NCBI GenBank assembly: GCA_965224795.1 | Contig: CBDDAE010000002.1 | Span: forward strand, 327,873-391,872 | Direction of reading: 5' to 3' | DNA from: Paracoccaceae bacterium | GTDB taxonomy: Bacteria; Pseudomonadota; Alphaproteobacteria; Rhodobacterales; Rhodobacteraceae | Length of the DNA: 64,000 nucleotides | Part shown: positions 1 to 10,180 of the stretch, one piece after another | Position numbering within the stretch: the stretch's first letter is position 1 | Layout of the letters: each line of letters begins with the position of its first letter | Made by a program: the position numbers and the translations under genes | Notes under the pieces: generated by a model | The model's input: only the letters and a program-made list of their open reading frames with translations | Database searches by the model: none | Told to the model about the DNA's origin: nothing

Positions 1-1461
1 GATTATCGCCGGATTGCGTACAAGAATTGCTAGTATAGCAGCTTCACGCAGGTGATTTTCATGGTCAGTACCTGTAGCCATGGCCAGGTAAGAATTCTTA
101 GTAGCAGCAGCAGCCTGAATATTTTGGGGCGCGCGCTTTCCATTCCACGGTTTGCCCTTAACTTGCCCGCTTGGGGGCGGTCGAAACAGCTGCCAGCGCA
201 GGTCTTTGATTTCCTGTCCGTAATGTCCTCGAATAGATTTGTCCGTGATCCGCAACACGGCTTCACGCAGGGTTTTGTCCAGGGCTGCTTTTCGCTCGGG
301 GCTGTCAAACACCTTGCCCTCGGTTTCGCGCTGCCACAGTAAATTCACCATGGAAATAGTCTGATCCAACAGCGATTGCATGGCGCCCTTGCCACCAGCG
401 CGCAAAACATCGTCCGGGTCTTGGCCTGCAGGCATCATGGCAAAACGCAGGGATTTGCCCGCTTCAAGCAGGGGCAGCGCGATATCAATCAGCCGCATTG
501 CAGCCCGTAGCCCGGCCGTGTCGCCATCCAGGGCGATGACGGGTTCAGGCGAAATTCGCCACAACAGCCGCAACTGATCTTCAGTGATGGCAGTGCCCAA
601 AGGGGCAACCGCCGCCCCAAATCCGGCTTCAGACAGCGCTATTGTGTCCATGTAACCTTCTGCCACAACCAGCGGCTGACCTTTGCCCGACGCTTCGCGG
701 GCGGGCGCGTGGTTGTACAGGCTGCGGCCTTTATCAAACAGCTCTGTCTCCGGTGAATTCAGGTACTTGGCGCGGGCATTTGCCGCCATTGCCCGCCCGC
801 CCAATCCGGTGCAGTGACCACGGCCATCGCGGATAGGAAAAATGATCCGGTCACGAAACCGGTCATAGGGCGTGCCGCCGCCTTCTGGTTTGGCGGCCAG
901 CCCGGCGGCAATAATCAACTCTTCGCTAATATTTTTATCTTGTAAATATGACCAAAGCCCTTGTCGGTTATCCGGGGCAAAACCAATATCCCAACGGCCC
1001 TGTGCCTTCTCGTTTAGGCCGCGCCCGGTCAGGTAATCGCGCGCCTTGCTCCCGGCAGCTGTTTTCAGTTGCAGCCGGTAAAACTGTACCGCCACTTCCA
1101 TCACTTCAACTAATTGCGTGCGCCGATCGGCCTTTTGCTGGGCTTTGGGGTCACTTGCCGGAACTTCCATACCAGCCTCGCGTGCCAAAATTTGCACAGC
1201 TTCCATAAAGCCTACATTTTCAGTTTCGCGTACAAAGGATATCGCGTCGCCCTTGGCGTGACAGCCAAAACAATAGTAAAAACCCTGTCGATCATCCACA
1301 TGGAAACTGGCGGTTTTTTCCTGATGGAACGGGCAAGGTGCCCACATATCGCCTTTGCCCTGATTGGACTTACGATTGTCCCACGTCACTTTGCGGCCCA
1401 CAACCTGGGCCAGGCTGGAGCGGGTGCGAAGTTCTTCAAGGAAACCGGTGGGCAGACTCAT
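1..1461 (-). CDS. dnaG: DNA primase DnaG, C-terminal part cut off by the left window edge
   Basis: Found by manual reverse-strand translation from the ATG at 1461..1459. It is absent from the ORF track because it has no stop inside the window. N-terminus reads MSLPTGFLEELRTRSSLAQVVGRKV. Zinc-finger motif CPFHQEKTASFHVDDRQGFYYCFGCHAKGDAISFVRETENVGFMEAVQILAREAG at about 1230-1340. TOPRIM motif VVAEGYMDTI at about 640. The frame stays open to base 1 (ends ...ENHLREAAILAILVRNPAII). Confidence 0.93.
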   Translation of the reverse strand, partial: MSLPTGFLEELRTRSSLAQVVGRKVTWDNRKSNQGKGDMWAPCPFHQEKTASFHVDDRQGFYYCFGCHAKGDAISFVRETENVGFMEAVQILAREAGMEVPASDPKAQQKADRRTQLVEVMEVAVQFYRLQLKTAAGSKARDYLTGRGLNEKAQGRWDIGFAPDNRQGLWSYLQDKNISEELIIAAGLAAKPEGGGTPYDRFRDRIIFPIRDGRGHCTGLGGRAMAANARAKYLNSPETELFDKGRSLYNHAPAREASGKGQPLVVAEGYMDTIALSEAGFGAAVAPLGTAITEDQLRLLWRISPEPVIALDGDTAGLRAAMRLIDIALPLLEAGKSLRFAMMPAGQDPDDVLRAGGKGAMQSLLDQTISMVNLLWQRETEGKVFDSPERKAALDKTLREAVLRITDKSIRGHYGQEIKDLRWQLFRPPPSGQVKGKPWNGKRAPQNIQAAAATKNSYLAMATGTDHENHLREAAILAILVRNPAII

Positions 1462-1534
1462 GCAGCCAATATCCGCCTGATACCGCGAAGAGTCTAGCAA
1501 TTGAGCGCCTGACGGCGCAACTATGACCTGCCCT

Positions 1535-2083
1535 TCACCTGCGACGTGACGCGATACTTTTCATAGCTTGTGAAATCTCACTGATTGCCGTTGTTGCCAT
1601 GGAGCGAAAAACCATCAGTTCAAATGTGAACTCGTCATTGCGACTTATGGATACCGACACATGGTTCAACAGCGTTCGTGCGGTATGGTTGTTTTTAAAA
1701 ACCAAAGCGCGCAAATCCAATGGAATCAGCCGGGCCAATACTGCCTCGGCGTCCATTCCCTGCAGGCGCATAACTACCCAGCCATCTGATTGATCGGTCA
1801 ACGCTGCGCCTTTCAGAATCTTGGCTGACGTCCCCACTAGGAACGCCTGGCCAGGTCCTGTCCAGGTACAGCGAACACCGTTTTTTTGCGTCACTCGGTT
1901 GGCGGCTGGAAAGGCTAGCCCGTAGGATTTTTTAAGGTCAGCCGAAACCGCTTTTTGTTGCCCCTTGCCAAGGGCAATGGATGTAATTTCGGGCACTTGC
2001 AATTCCACAAGCTTACAGCTTCCAATTTCCAACGGCAATTGTTCCCCAATGCCTGAAACGGCGACCAGATTAACCACGGGCAC
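1535..2083 (-). CDS. soxG: Sarcosine oxidase gamma subunit
   Basis: Last gene of the soxB-D-A-G order. About 180 aa from a GTG at 2083 (or 2077) that overlaps the soxA stop at 2070..2072. The 223-aa tracked ORF runs further upstream into soxA and is probably over-extended. The start codon is uncertain. Confidence 0.75.
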   Translation of the reverse strand: MPVVNLVAVSGIGEQLPLEIGSCKLVELQVPEITSIALGKGQQKAVSADLKKSYGLAFPAANRVTQKNGVRCTWTGPGQAFLVGTSAKILKGAALTDQSDGWVVMRLQGMDAEAVLARLIPLDLRALVFKNNHTARTLLNHVSVSISRNDEFTFELMVFRSMATTAISEISQAMKSIASRRR

Positions 2084-5000
2084 GCCCCCCTTCTGGATCA
2101 AAAAATACCGGGTCGGTGATTTCGCACAAAACATCAAGCCCGCGTAAATGATCAACCAGGCGCAGTTTTTCACCGTGACGCGCCCGGCCATTTTGCAAAA
2201 AACCAAGCCCGATGGAATGGCCTAATGTGGGCGAAAACCCTACGGATGTGGAATACCCCTGCGCATTTTCACGCACCGGGTCGACGCCAAGGCCAAACAA
2301 AAATGCGCCATTGGTCAGCTGCTTTACTGCCCCAGCCGGACGCAACCCGACCAGTTGTTCGCGTGTGTCACCGGTTAGCCCGGGACGTGCCGCCATGGTT
2401 TTGCCTATGCAGTCCTTTTTGGTCGAAATCATACGTTCCATGCCAATATCAAAAGCCGTCACCCGGCCATGGATTTCCGCATGCGTTATAAAGCCCTTTT
2501 CAATGCGTAAAACATTCAGGGCTTCCATGCCATAGTGGCCACCGCCCAACGCCTCGGCCTGACTGCTTAGGACGCGAAACAGACTGTCACCGTAGCGTGC
2601 CGGTACAGCAATTTCATAGGCGTGTTCGCCGGAAAATGAGATGCGAAACAGACGCCCCGAAACCCCCATCACCTGAACTGATCCGCAGCCCATAAACGGG
2701 AAAGTATCGTTATCAATGGCAGACCCCAGGACGGTATTAAGCAGTTGCCGGGATTTTGGCCCCGCAACTGCAAACTGCGCCCATTGTTCGGTAACCGAAA
2801 TCATCTGAACATCCCAATCCGGGCGCAGGCATTGCGAAACAAATTCAAGGTGTTTCATCACCGGACCGGCAGCAGCGGTCGTGGTGGTCATAACATAGTG
2901 ATTTTTGGCCAGACAGGCGGTGGTTCCGTCGTCCATTACAAAACCGTCTTCGCGCAACATCAGCCCATAGCGAACGCGTCCGGATTTTAATGTCGAAAAC
3001 TTGTTTGTGTAAACAAAATCAAGCAGTTTCGCGGCGTCCCTGCCCTGAATGTCAATTTTTCCCAGCGTAGATACATCGCACAGGCCTACGGCGTTGCGCA
3101 CCAAATTGACTTCTCGGTCGCAAGATTGCCGCCAGGTTTTTTCGCTGGCGCGCGGAAAAAACATCGGTCGGTACCACAGCCCGGTTTCAACCATTGGTGC
3201 ACCGCGCTCAACGCTGGCTTTGTGAGAGGTTGTAAATCGTTCGGGCGCAAACCCTTTGCCTTTGGCCCCTGCCCCCATGGCACCAATTGGCACCGGAACA
3301 AAGGGCGGGCGAAATGTCGTGGTGCCTGTTTCAGCTATACTTTGACCAGTTGCATCCGCCAAAACAGCCAGCGCCGAAACGTTTGAATTTTTGCCCTGAT
3401 CCGGTGCCATGCCTTGGGTCGTATAGCGCTTCATATGTTCAACCGAAGCATAGTTTTCACGCGCAGCCAGGGCCACATCTTTGACCGTCACGTCATTTTG
3501 GAAATCCAGCCAGGCGCGACCCTTTCCGGATACCGACCAGAACGGCGACAACTGATAAGGCATATCATCAGATTTTGGCACGGCTACTGCGCGGGCCTGA
3601 TAGCCCAAATCTTGTAACATCAACTTCGCCCGGTAAGTTCCGGACTTTAAACAGGCTTTGGTGGTAAACACGCCCAAGGCAGACCCCGCAACATCCAAAC
3701 CCGGCACCGAACCGGGCACCGGCACGAACGCTGATATTGTATCGTTCCAGACCGGGCGACCGCCAGTGTGGCAGGTCAAGTGCAGTGTCGGGTTCCAGCC
3801 CCCAGACATGGCCAGACAATCGGCCTGGACTTTGTGAATGGTTGCGCCCTGGCGCACGTGAATTTCCCGCAGGTTTTTGCGACCTCTGGTGTCGACCACC
3901 TCGGCCCCGGTGAAACTTGGAAAATCCCCCAAAATTTCAGCGTCCGGGCGGGTGTCAATCAGGGCAGCGATATTGCATCCGGCAGCTTGCAAATCGCGTG
4001 CTGTTCGGTGTGCATCGTCGTTATTGCAAAAAACAGCGATATTTTGGCCCGCGGCCACGCCCCACTTATGCAAATAGGCCCTGACAGCCCCCGCCGTCAT
4101 GATGCCCGGGCGATCATTATTGGCAAAAGCAATGGGGCGCTCGATTGCTCCGGAACATAGTAATGCGCGCTTGGCAACAATACGCCAGAATGTTTCCTGG
4201 GGAGCACTTTCCTTGGTCGCAATTTCGGGAGAGCCTACTTCTAAAGCGCCGTAGGTTCCCTGATCATAGGCCCCGGTGATAGTTGTACGGCGCATGATGC
4301 GCACATTGGCCATGGCATTTAGTTCAGCCTGCACACCCTTTACCCAGGCAATGGCAGGTTTGCTGCCAATCTGTTCATCTTCGGCCAGTAATCGCCCGCC
4401 AAGATCGGGATTTTCGTCGACCAGCAACACATCTGCGCCAGCGCGCCCGGCCGTCAATGCAGCCATTAACCCGGCAGGGCCAGCGCCAATGATCAAAATA
4501 TCGCAAAACGCAAAGGCCTTATTATAGCGCGCCGGATCTTCGGTACCGGAAAGCGCCCCCAAACCGGCCGCGCGCCGGATTATTGGTTCATACACTTTGG
4601 TCCAGAATGCCTGGGGCCACATGAATGTTTTATAATAGAAACCGGCCGATAAAAATGAAGACAGCGCGTCATTTACTGCCATCACATCTGTCGACAAACT
4701 GGGCCATCTGTTTTGACTTGCAGCGCTAAGGCCATCGTGAATTTCAAGGGTTGTGGCCCGCAGGTTGGGTGTTTGATGTGCGCCGTGGCCAACCGTAACC
4801 AGCGCATTTGGTTCTTCAGAGCCCGCCGTCAGTACCCCGCGGGGCCGATGATATTTAAACGATCGCCCCATCAGACGCACGCCGTTTGCCAATAATGCCG
4901 ACGCCAGCGTGTCACCTTGAAAACCCGAATAGGTTTGTCCGTCAAACTGAAACGTCACCGGCTTATTGCGGTCGATCTGACCTTTGCCATCCACCCTCAT
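2070..5000 (-). CDS. soxA: Sarcosine oxidase alpha subunit
   Basis: 976-aa ORF. Dinucleotide-binding motif DILIIGAGPAGLMAALTAGRAG. C-terminal GcvT-like folate-binding domain. 4-nt overlap with soxD. Its position in the soxBDAG operon fits. Confidence 0.92.
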   Translation of the reverse strand: MRVDGKGQIDRNKPVTFQFDGQTYSGFQGDTLASALLANGVRLMGRSFKYHRPRGVLTAGSEEPNALVTVGHGAHQTPNLRATTLEIHDGLSAASQNRWPSLSTDVMAVNDALSSFLSAGFYYKTFMWPQAFWTKVYEPIIRRAAGLGALSGTEDPARYNKAFAFCDILIIGAGPAGLMAALTAGRAGADVLLVDENPDLGGRLLAEDEQIGSKPAIAWVKGVQAELNAMANVRIMRRTTITGAYDQGTYGALEVGSPEIATKESAPQETFWRIVAKRALLCSGAIERPIAFANNDRPGIMTAGAVRAYLHKWGVAAGQNIAVFCNNDDAHRTARDLQAAGCNIAALIDTRPDAEILGDFPSFTGAEVVDTRGRKNLREIHVRQGATIHKVQADCLAMSGGWNPTLHLTCHTGGRPVWNDTISAFVPVPGSVPGLDVAGSALGVFTTKACLKSGTYRAKLMLQDLGYQARAVAVPKSDDMPYQLSPFWSVSGKGRAWLDFQNDVTVKDVALAARENYASVEHMKRYTTQGMAPDQGKNSNVSALAVLADATGQSIAETGTTTFRPPFVPVPIGAMGAGAKGKGFAPERFTTSHKASVERGAPMVETGLWYRPMFFPRASEKTWRQSCDREVNLVRNAVGLCDVSTLGKIDIQGRDAAKLLDFVYTNKFSTLKSGRVRYGLMLREDGFVMDDGTTACLAKNHYVMTTTTAAAGPVMKHLEFVSQCLRPDWDVQMISVTEQWAQFAVAGPKSRQLLNTVLGSAIDNDTFPFMGCGSVQVMGVSGRLFRISFSGEHAYEIAVPARYGDSLFRVLSSQAEALGGGHYGMEALNVLRIEKGFITHAEIHGRVTAFDIGMERMISTKKDCIGKTMAARPGLTGDTREQLVGLRPAGAVKQLTNGAFLFGLGVDPVRENAQGYSTSVGFSPTLGHSIGLGFLQNGRARHGEKLRLVDHLRGLDVLCEITDPVFFDPEGGRARG

Positions 5001-5269
5001 TTCTTTGGCCTTTTGAGGGTCGTCGCCAGCCGGGTTCGGCTGATTTCATGGTTTGTGGTGTTGCGGTCCACGACGATCCAGGCCGAACAGCCGCCGGTAT
5101 GGTGCCAAAGATCGCGGGTTGGTCCCGCCGGGTTATCGCGCAAATGGACATAGCTGTCCCAAATTGCGGCATCTTCGTCGGGTGCAGGCCGATTAAGGGC
5201 AATGGCAGCCCCCTGATAGCTGAATTCCCTTAAATCGCGTTCCCCACAATGGGGGCAAGTAATGCGCAT
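4997..5269 (-). CDS. soxD: Sarcosine oxidase delta subunit
   Basis: 90-aa ORF starting MRITCPHCGERDLREFSYQG, the Cys-rich zinc-binding N-terminus typical of SoxD. Lies between soxB and soxA. Confidence 0.9.
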   Translation of the reverse strand: MRITCPHCGERDLREFSYQGAAIALNRPAPDEDAAIWDSYVHLRDNPAGPTRDLWHHTGGCSAWIVVDRNTTNHEISRTRLATTLKRPKK

Positions 5270-5280
5270 AATACTATTCC

Positions 5281-6546
5281 CTAGTGCAAGTTGTGTTGGC
5301 TGCCGGTGCCTTCTTCGTCCATGATATTAACCCCGGTTTTGAATCGATCCAGACGAAAGTTCCGGGCGGTTTCATGGGGGTGATCAGTGGCAATTAAGTG
5401 CGAGAATGCGTAACCCGAAGCGGGCACCGCCTTGAAACCGCCGTAGCACCAGCCGCAATCAATATACAGTCCGTCTATTCCGGTTTTATCGATAATGGGT
5501 GAACCATCGGGCGTCATATCCATGATACCGCCCCAACTGCGCAACACCCTGGCTTTGCCGATCATTGGCATCAAAGCCATCGCCGCTTCCATGACATGTT
5601 CTTTCATGGGCAGATTGCCCCGCTGCGCATAAGAAGCGTAAAAATCCAGGTCACCGCCAAAGACTAGCCCACCCTTGTCGGATTGGCTGATATAGAAATG
5701 CCCCATACCAAAACTGATAACGTGGTTAATAATCGGCTTTAGGCCTTCGGTGACAAAGGCCTGTAAAACGTGGCTTTCAATCGGCAGTCGCATGCCCGCC
5801 ATTGCTGCAACCTGCCCGGACCGCCCCGCTGTAACAATCGCTACTTTTTTCGCCCGGATCGCACCGCGTGTGGTCTGCACACCGGTAACGCGGCCATTTT
5901 TGGTATCAATGCCAGTGACTTCGCATTGCTGGATCAGATCGACACCGTGTTCATCTGCACCGCGGGCATACCCCCAGGCCACGGCATCGTGGCGCGCCGA
6001 GCCACCGCGTGGGTGATAAAGGCCACCGTGGATTGGGAAGCGGGCGCTATCAAAATCCAGATAGGGCAGAATTTTGCGCACCCCCCCCTGATCCAATAAT
6101 ATAGCGTCATCACCCTGGTTGATCATGGCATTGCCCCGGCGCGCGAATGCATCGCGCTGGCCATCGGAATGGAACAGGTTGATCAAGCCACGGGGGCTGT
6201 GCATGACGTTGAAATTCAATTCCTGTGACAGGCCCTCCCACAGTTTCAGCGAATGGCTGTAAAATTCGGAATTACCCGGCAAGAAATAGTTGGCGCGCAC
6301 GATTGTGGTGTTGCGGCCCACGTTACCGCCGCCCAGATAGCCTTTTTCCAGCACGGCGATGTTTTTCAACCCGTGCTTTTTCGCCAGATAATACGCTGTG
6401 GACAACCCGTGGCCACCCCCGCCGATAATAATGATATCGTATTGCGGTTTTGGTTCGGGATTTCGCCAGACCGGTTTCCAGCCGCGGTTGCCGGACAGGC
6501 CCTGCGCAATGACTTTAAATCCAGAATAGCGCAAATGTGCCCCCAA
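5281..6546 (-). CDS. soxB: Sarcosine oxidase beta subunit (FAD-dependent)
   Basis: 421-aa ORF with N-terminal RYSGFKVIAQGLSGNRGWKPVWRNPEPKPQYDIIIIGGGGHGLSTAYYLAK (DAO-type FAD fold). First gene of the sox operon. Confidence 0.92.
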   Translation of the reverse strand: MGAHLRYSGFKVIAQGLSGNRGWKPVWRNPEPKPQYDIIIIGGGGHGLSTAYYLAKKHGLKNIAVLEKGYLGGGNVGRNTTIVRANYFLPGNSEFYSHSLKLWEGLSQELNFNVMHSPRGLINLFHSDGQRDAFARRGNAMINQGDDAILLDQGGVRKILPYLDFDSARFPIHGGLYHPRGGSARHDAVAWGYARGADEHGVDLIQQCEVTGIDTKNGRVTGVQTTRGAIRAKKVAIVTAGRSGQVAAMAGMRLPIESHVLQAFVTEGLKPIINHVISFGMGHFYISQSDKGGLVFGGDLDFYASYAQRGNLPMKEHVMEAAMALMPMIGKARVLRSWGGIMDMTPDGSPIIDKTGIDGLYIDCGWCYGGFKAVPASGYAFSHLIATDHPHETARNFRLDRFKTGVNIMDEEGTGSQHNLH

Positions 6547-6672
6547 AGACCCCGAACCCGAAGTTCCGACTGTTTGGCTAATTTTACGCTACCGGTGCGC
6601 AATTTCAATGCCATTTCCCGACAAGTTCCGCGATGCCGCCGACACTGCACAGATTGATCAAATTCAAAAGGT

Positions 6673-6706
6673 ACTGCCGCCACGGTTCTTGGCCAGTGGC
6701 GGCAGT
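6673..6706 (-). terminator. Candidate intrinsic terminator downstream of the Glu/Leu/Phe/Val dehydrogenase gene
   Basis: Perfect 11-bp inverted repeat, ACTGCCGCCAC (6673..6683) and GTGGCGGCAGT (6696..6706), with a 12-nt loop. It sits 19 nt past the stop at 6725. On the minus strand it is followed by ACCTTTTGAATT. Confidence 0.6.
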
Positions 6707-6724
6707 GCTTTATCTAGCCCGAGA

Positions 6725-8155
6725 CTAAAGCCCCTTGGCGCGGTAGCTGGCCGCAACCCGGTCAATCGCCACGAGATAGGCCGCGACCCGCAAATCGCCC
6801 ACATCTTTACGCGAATGCCAGACTTCACGCATCGACTGATAGGCAGCGCGCATGGTGTCATCCAAACCCGAGCGCACAAGTTCCAGTTCCCCCGCCCCGC
6901 GCAGATACTGGTCTTTGAAATTTGGGGAAAGTTTCCAGTTATTGCCGGTATCCGATGACAGGCGTTCCAGTTCGTCCACAATCAACTGGTGACGACCTTC
7001 TTCTTGACGACGCTGCATGCGACCAAACCGAATGTGACTAAGGTTCTTGACCCATTCAAAATAGGAAACCGTCACACCGCCGCCATTGGCATACATATCC
7101 GGGATAATGACGGTGCCTTTTTCACGCAGGATTTCATCGGCTCCGGCCGTAACCGGGCCATTGGCAGCCTCAATGATCAATGGGGCTTTGATTTTCTTGG
7201 CATTGCCCAGGTTGATCGTGCCTTCCAGCGCAGCCGGTATCAGAATATCGCATTCGTTTTCTAAAACCAATGCGCCTTTTTCAACATGGGTTGCGTCTGG
7301 ATAGCCGGTGACACCCCCATGTTTTCTGATCCAGGATGAAACAGCTTCTACGTCAAGGCCCTTTTCATCCACCAACGCGCCGTCACGTTCTATAATGCCG
7401 GTGATCTTGCAGCCATCTTCAGCCGCCAGAAAGCTAGCGGCATGGTAGCCCACATTGCCCAGCCCCTGAACGATAACCCGTTTACCATCCAAAGACCCCG
7501 TAAGACCCGATTCAGCCACATCTTCAGGATGGCGGAAATATTCTTGCAAAGCGTATTGTACGCCGCGACCCGTAGCTTCCACCCGGCCGGCGATCCCGCC
7601 TGCATGGGGGGGCTTGCCGGTAACGCAAGCCTTGGAATTGATGTCGGTGGTATTCATGCGGGCATATTGATCCGCGATCCAGGACATTTCCCTTTCGCCC
7701 GTACCCATATCCGGCGCCGGCACGTTCTGGCTGGGGTGGATCAGGTCGCGTTTTATCAGCTCATAGGCGAAACGTCGGGTGATCAGTTCCATTTCATGTT
7801 CGTCATAAAGGTTGGGATCAATGCACAACCCACCCTTTGAGCCACCAAACGGGGCTTCAACCAGCGCGCATTTGAAGGTCATCAATGCCGCCAGTGCTTC
7901 AACTTCATCCTGATTGACACCAAGCGAAAAGCGGATGCCGCCCTTTACCGGTTCCATATGTTCGGAATGCACCGAACGGTAGCCAGTGAAGGTTTCAATT
8001 TGCCCACGCAGACGCACACCAAAGCGCACAGTATAGGTGGCGTTACACACGCGGATTTTTTCTTCCAGCCCCGGCGGCAGGTCCATCAAAGCCACGGCCC
8101 GGTTAAACATTAAGTCTACGGACTCACGAAAGCTCGGCTCATTTTTTACTGCCAT
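6725..8155 (-). CDS. Glu/Leu/Phe/Val dehydrogenase family protein (probable glutamate dehydrogenase)
   Basis: 476-aa ORF. Catalytic-lysine region ALVEAPFGGSKGG. Rossmann motif VIVQGLGNVGYHAA. Substrate specificity cannot be read from the sequence. Confidence 0.88.
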   Translation of the reverse strand: MAVKNEPSFRESVDLMFNRAVALMDLPPGLEEKIRVCNATYTVRFGVRLRGQIETFTGYRSVHSEHMEPVKGGIRFSLGVNQDEVEALAALMTFKCALVEAPFGGSKGGLCIDPNLYDEHEMELITRRFAYELIKRDLIHPSQNVPAPDMGTGEREMSWIADQYARMNTTDINSKACVTGKPPHAGGIAGRVEATGRGVQYALQEYFRHPEDVAESGLTGSLDGKRVIVQGLGNVGYHAASFLAAEDGCKITGIIERDGALVDEKGLDVEAVSSWIRKHGGVTGYPDATHVEKGALVLENECDILIPAALEGTINLGNAKKIKAPLIIEAANGPVTAGADEILREKGTVIIPDMYANGGGVTVSYFEWVKNLSHIRFGRMQRRQEEGRHQLIVDELERLSSDTGNNWKLSPNFKDQYLRGAGELELVRSGLDDTMRAAYQSMREVWHSRKDVGDLRVAAYLVAIDRVAASYRAKGL

Positions 8156-8503
8156 AAGGTGTTTTCCTTTGTTGAATGCGAATCACCGCCACGTGCCAAA
8201 TATGGCATCAGGATATCCATTAACCATCTTTGTTAAAGAAAAGAGTCTTTGTTTAAGCTAAGAAAAATTTACTTCAATTGTTGCCAGATTTTTTACAATC
8301 CCGGTCGGCGAATAGGGAGTGTCCACGCAATTATCCGCTTATTGGCTGTTTCAGGCGAAAAACCGCCACTTTCGCCCATTGTGCCAGAGGCCGCCAAAGA
8401 CTGCCCCAATTTGAACACACCCCCCCTAGAGAAATGCACTCAGATTTGAGCCAAGCTGCCATGGCGCTTCCGTGTGTTCATGGCCATTATAAATAGGTGT
8501 AAC

Positions 8504-10180
8504 ATGCTTAATTACCTGGGGACCGTTAGTAAGGCCGCGCTTTTAAAGCCCAGCCAAATTGGGAAGAAACTTAGTTTTTGTTCCCGTTTTCGCCGTGACG
8601 AAGATGGTTCCTTGATCATCTTTTCACTGTTCCTTTTGATCATGATGCTGATGATCTCTGGCATGGCCGTTGATCTGATGCGCGCCGAAACCCACCGTGC
8701 CCGTTTGCAAAGCACGCTGGACCGCGCAGTTCTTGCCGGTGCCAGTTTGCAGCAAACCCTGAATTCAGAAGACGTGGTACGCGACTATTTTGATAAGGCC
8801 GGGCTTGGCGCCTATCTGACAAATGTTGCAGTTATAGAAGACAGCACTTCAAAAACGGTTACTGCATCAGCGCAGTTGACCGCCGGTACCTATTTCATGA
8901 AATTGTTAGGTGTTGACCGTCTAAGTGCCCCGGCAACCGGTGAAGCCGAAGAAAGCATTTCTGACATCGAAGTTTCGCTGGTTCTGGATGTATCCGGTTC
9001 CATGGGCAGCACATCTGCAAGTGGTAATACCAAAATGGAAGACCTGATCGAAGCCGCGCAGGAATTTGTTTACCTGATGCAGTGCGATCCCGACGCCGAA
9101 AAACCCTATGATAATGTTTGCACTGTTCCCGCTAACACAGTGTCAATCAGCCTGATCCCCTACGCAGAACAGGTGCTTGTGGGTGAAGAAATGCTGCAAG
9201 AATTCAACATTACCAATGAACACACAGATTCATCCTGTGTAGACTTTAACAACAGTGATTTTCAGTCGGCTTCCATGTCGCTGACCAATCAGTTGCAGCG
9301 CGCTGGTACTCTTGATCGTCGGTCCTACCACTGGGCCCCAGGCGGCCATGGTCACAACAGCCGGTTTGCCCAGGAATGGGCCCGGACTTGTCGCACAGAT
9401 TCTTACCGCCAGATTGTGCCATTCTCAAATTCATATTCCAGTCTGCAAACACAGATCGGCAATATGCAGGCCGGTGGATACACTTCTATTCACCTGGGCA
9501 TGAAATGGGCGACAACCTTGCTTGACCCTTCGTTTCAGCCAGCGCTTAGCAACCTGACATTGGGTTCAACACCGTTGGTTAACGCCGCATTTGATGGGCG
9601 TCCGTTTAACTATACACGTCCGCGGACCCAAAAGGTTGTGGTGTTGATGACTGACGGCAAGAATACGTCGCTGTACTCATTAAAGTCGGGTTTTCGCAGT
9701 GGCCTGTCACCGTTCTTTCTGGACGACAAAGATTACGATGACGATGACGCCCTGTCTGTATATAGACAATCAACTGGCAAGTACTACCATGTCCATGATG
9801 GTTACACCCACTGGAGCAACAACCCACGTGGCGGCAGCGATGCCGTTCAGCTGACGTATCAGGAAGTTTGGGAAAACTATGCCGTGGATTATTGGGATGA
9901 CGAATTCCACTGGCTGCCAAATTCCTGGGATTACACCGGCAGCAGCACCATGGATAACCAGCTGATCGGTTCCGATGGCGATGGCGGTATCTGTCAGGCA
10001 GCTAAGGATGAGGGTATCGAAGTCTTTACCCTTGGTTTTGAAACCAGCTCGTACTCATCCGGTGTTTTGACCCACTGTGCTTCTTCCTCATCGCATCACT
10101 TTGATGTGGACGGCACCGATATCTCTGAGGCGTTCAATTCAATTGCACGCGAAATTCATGACCTGAGGTTGACAAACTAA
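8504..10180 (+). CDS. TadG-like pilus-assembly-related protein with a von Willebrand factor A domain
   Basis: N-terminus RFRRDEDGSLIIFSLFLLIMMLMISGMAVDLMRAETHRARLQSTLDRAVLAGAS (TadE/G-like membrane helix). vWA MIDAS motif VSLVLDVSGSM. Start chosen at the ATG at 8504, preceded by AGGTG. The tracked ORF begins at 8474. Confidence 0.8.
   Translation: MLNYLGTVSKAALLKPSQIGKKLSFCSRFRRDEDGSLIIFSLFLLIMMLMISGMAVDLMRAETHRARLQSTLDRAVLAGASLQQTLNSEDVVRDYFDKAGLGAYLTNVAVIEDSTSKTVTASAQLTAGTYFMKLLGVDRLSAPATGEAEESISDIEVSLVLDVSGSMGSTSASGNTKMEDLIEAAQEFVYLMQCDPDAEKPYDNVCTVPANTVSISLIPYAEQVLVGEEMLQEFNITNEHTDSSCVDFNNSDFQSASMSLTNQLQRAGTLDRRSYHWAPGGHGHNSRFAQEWARTCRTDSYRQIVPFSNSYSSLQTQIGNMQAGGYTSIHLGMKWATTLLDPSFQPALSNLTLGSTPLVNAAFDGRPFNYTRPRTQKVVVLMTDGKNTSLYSLKSGFRSGLSPFFLDDKDYDDDDALSVYRQSTGKYYHVHDGYTHWSNNPRGGSDAVQLTYQEVWENYAVDYWDDEFHWLPNSWDYTGSSTMDNQLIGSDGDGGICQAAKDEGIEVFTLGFETSSYSSGVLTHCASSSSHHFDVDGTDISEAFNSIAREIHDLRLTN

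Noticed and set aside
30-1526. A cluster of short tracked ORFs (for example 52..342, 1114..1497) at the left edge.
   Set aside because: They overlap the open minus-strand dnaG frame, which I verified by translation (zinc-finger and TOPRIM motifs). None shows coding features of its own.
8220-8236. CtrA-box-like TTAA...TTAA upstream of the tadG-like gene, and TTAC-N6-TTAAC at 44127..44141 upstream of pleD.
   Set aside because: The spacings are N9 and N6. The TTAA-N7-TTAA spacing is required, and one half-site is imperfect. Chance matches in AT-rich DNA are likely.
8249-8496. Small ORFs in the tadG upstream region as possible Flp pilin genes.
   Set aside because: Neither has the Flp-type leader with a G/xxxxEY processing motif followed by a hydrophobic helix. 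There is no RBS, and the composition looks non-coding.
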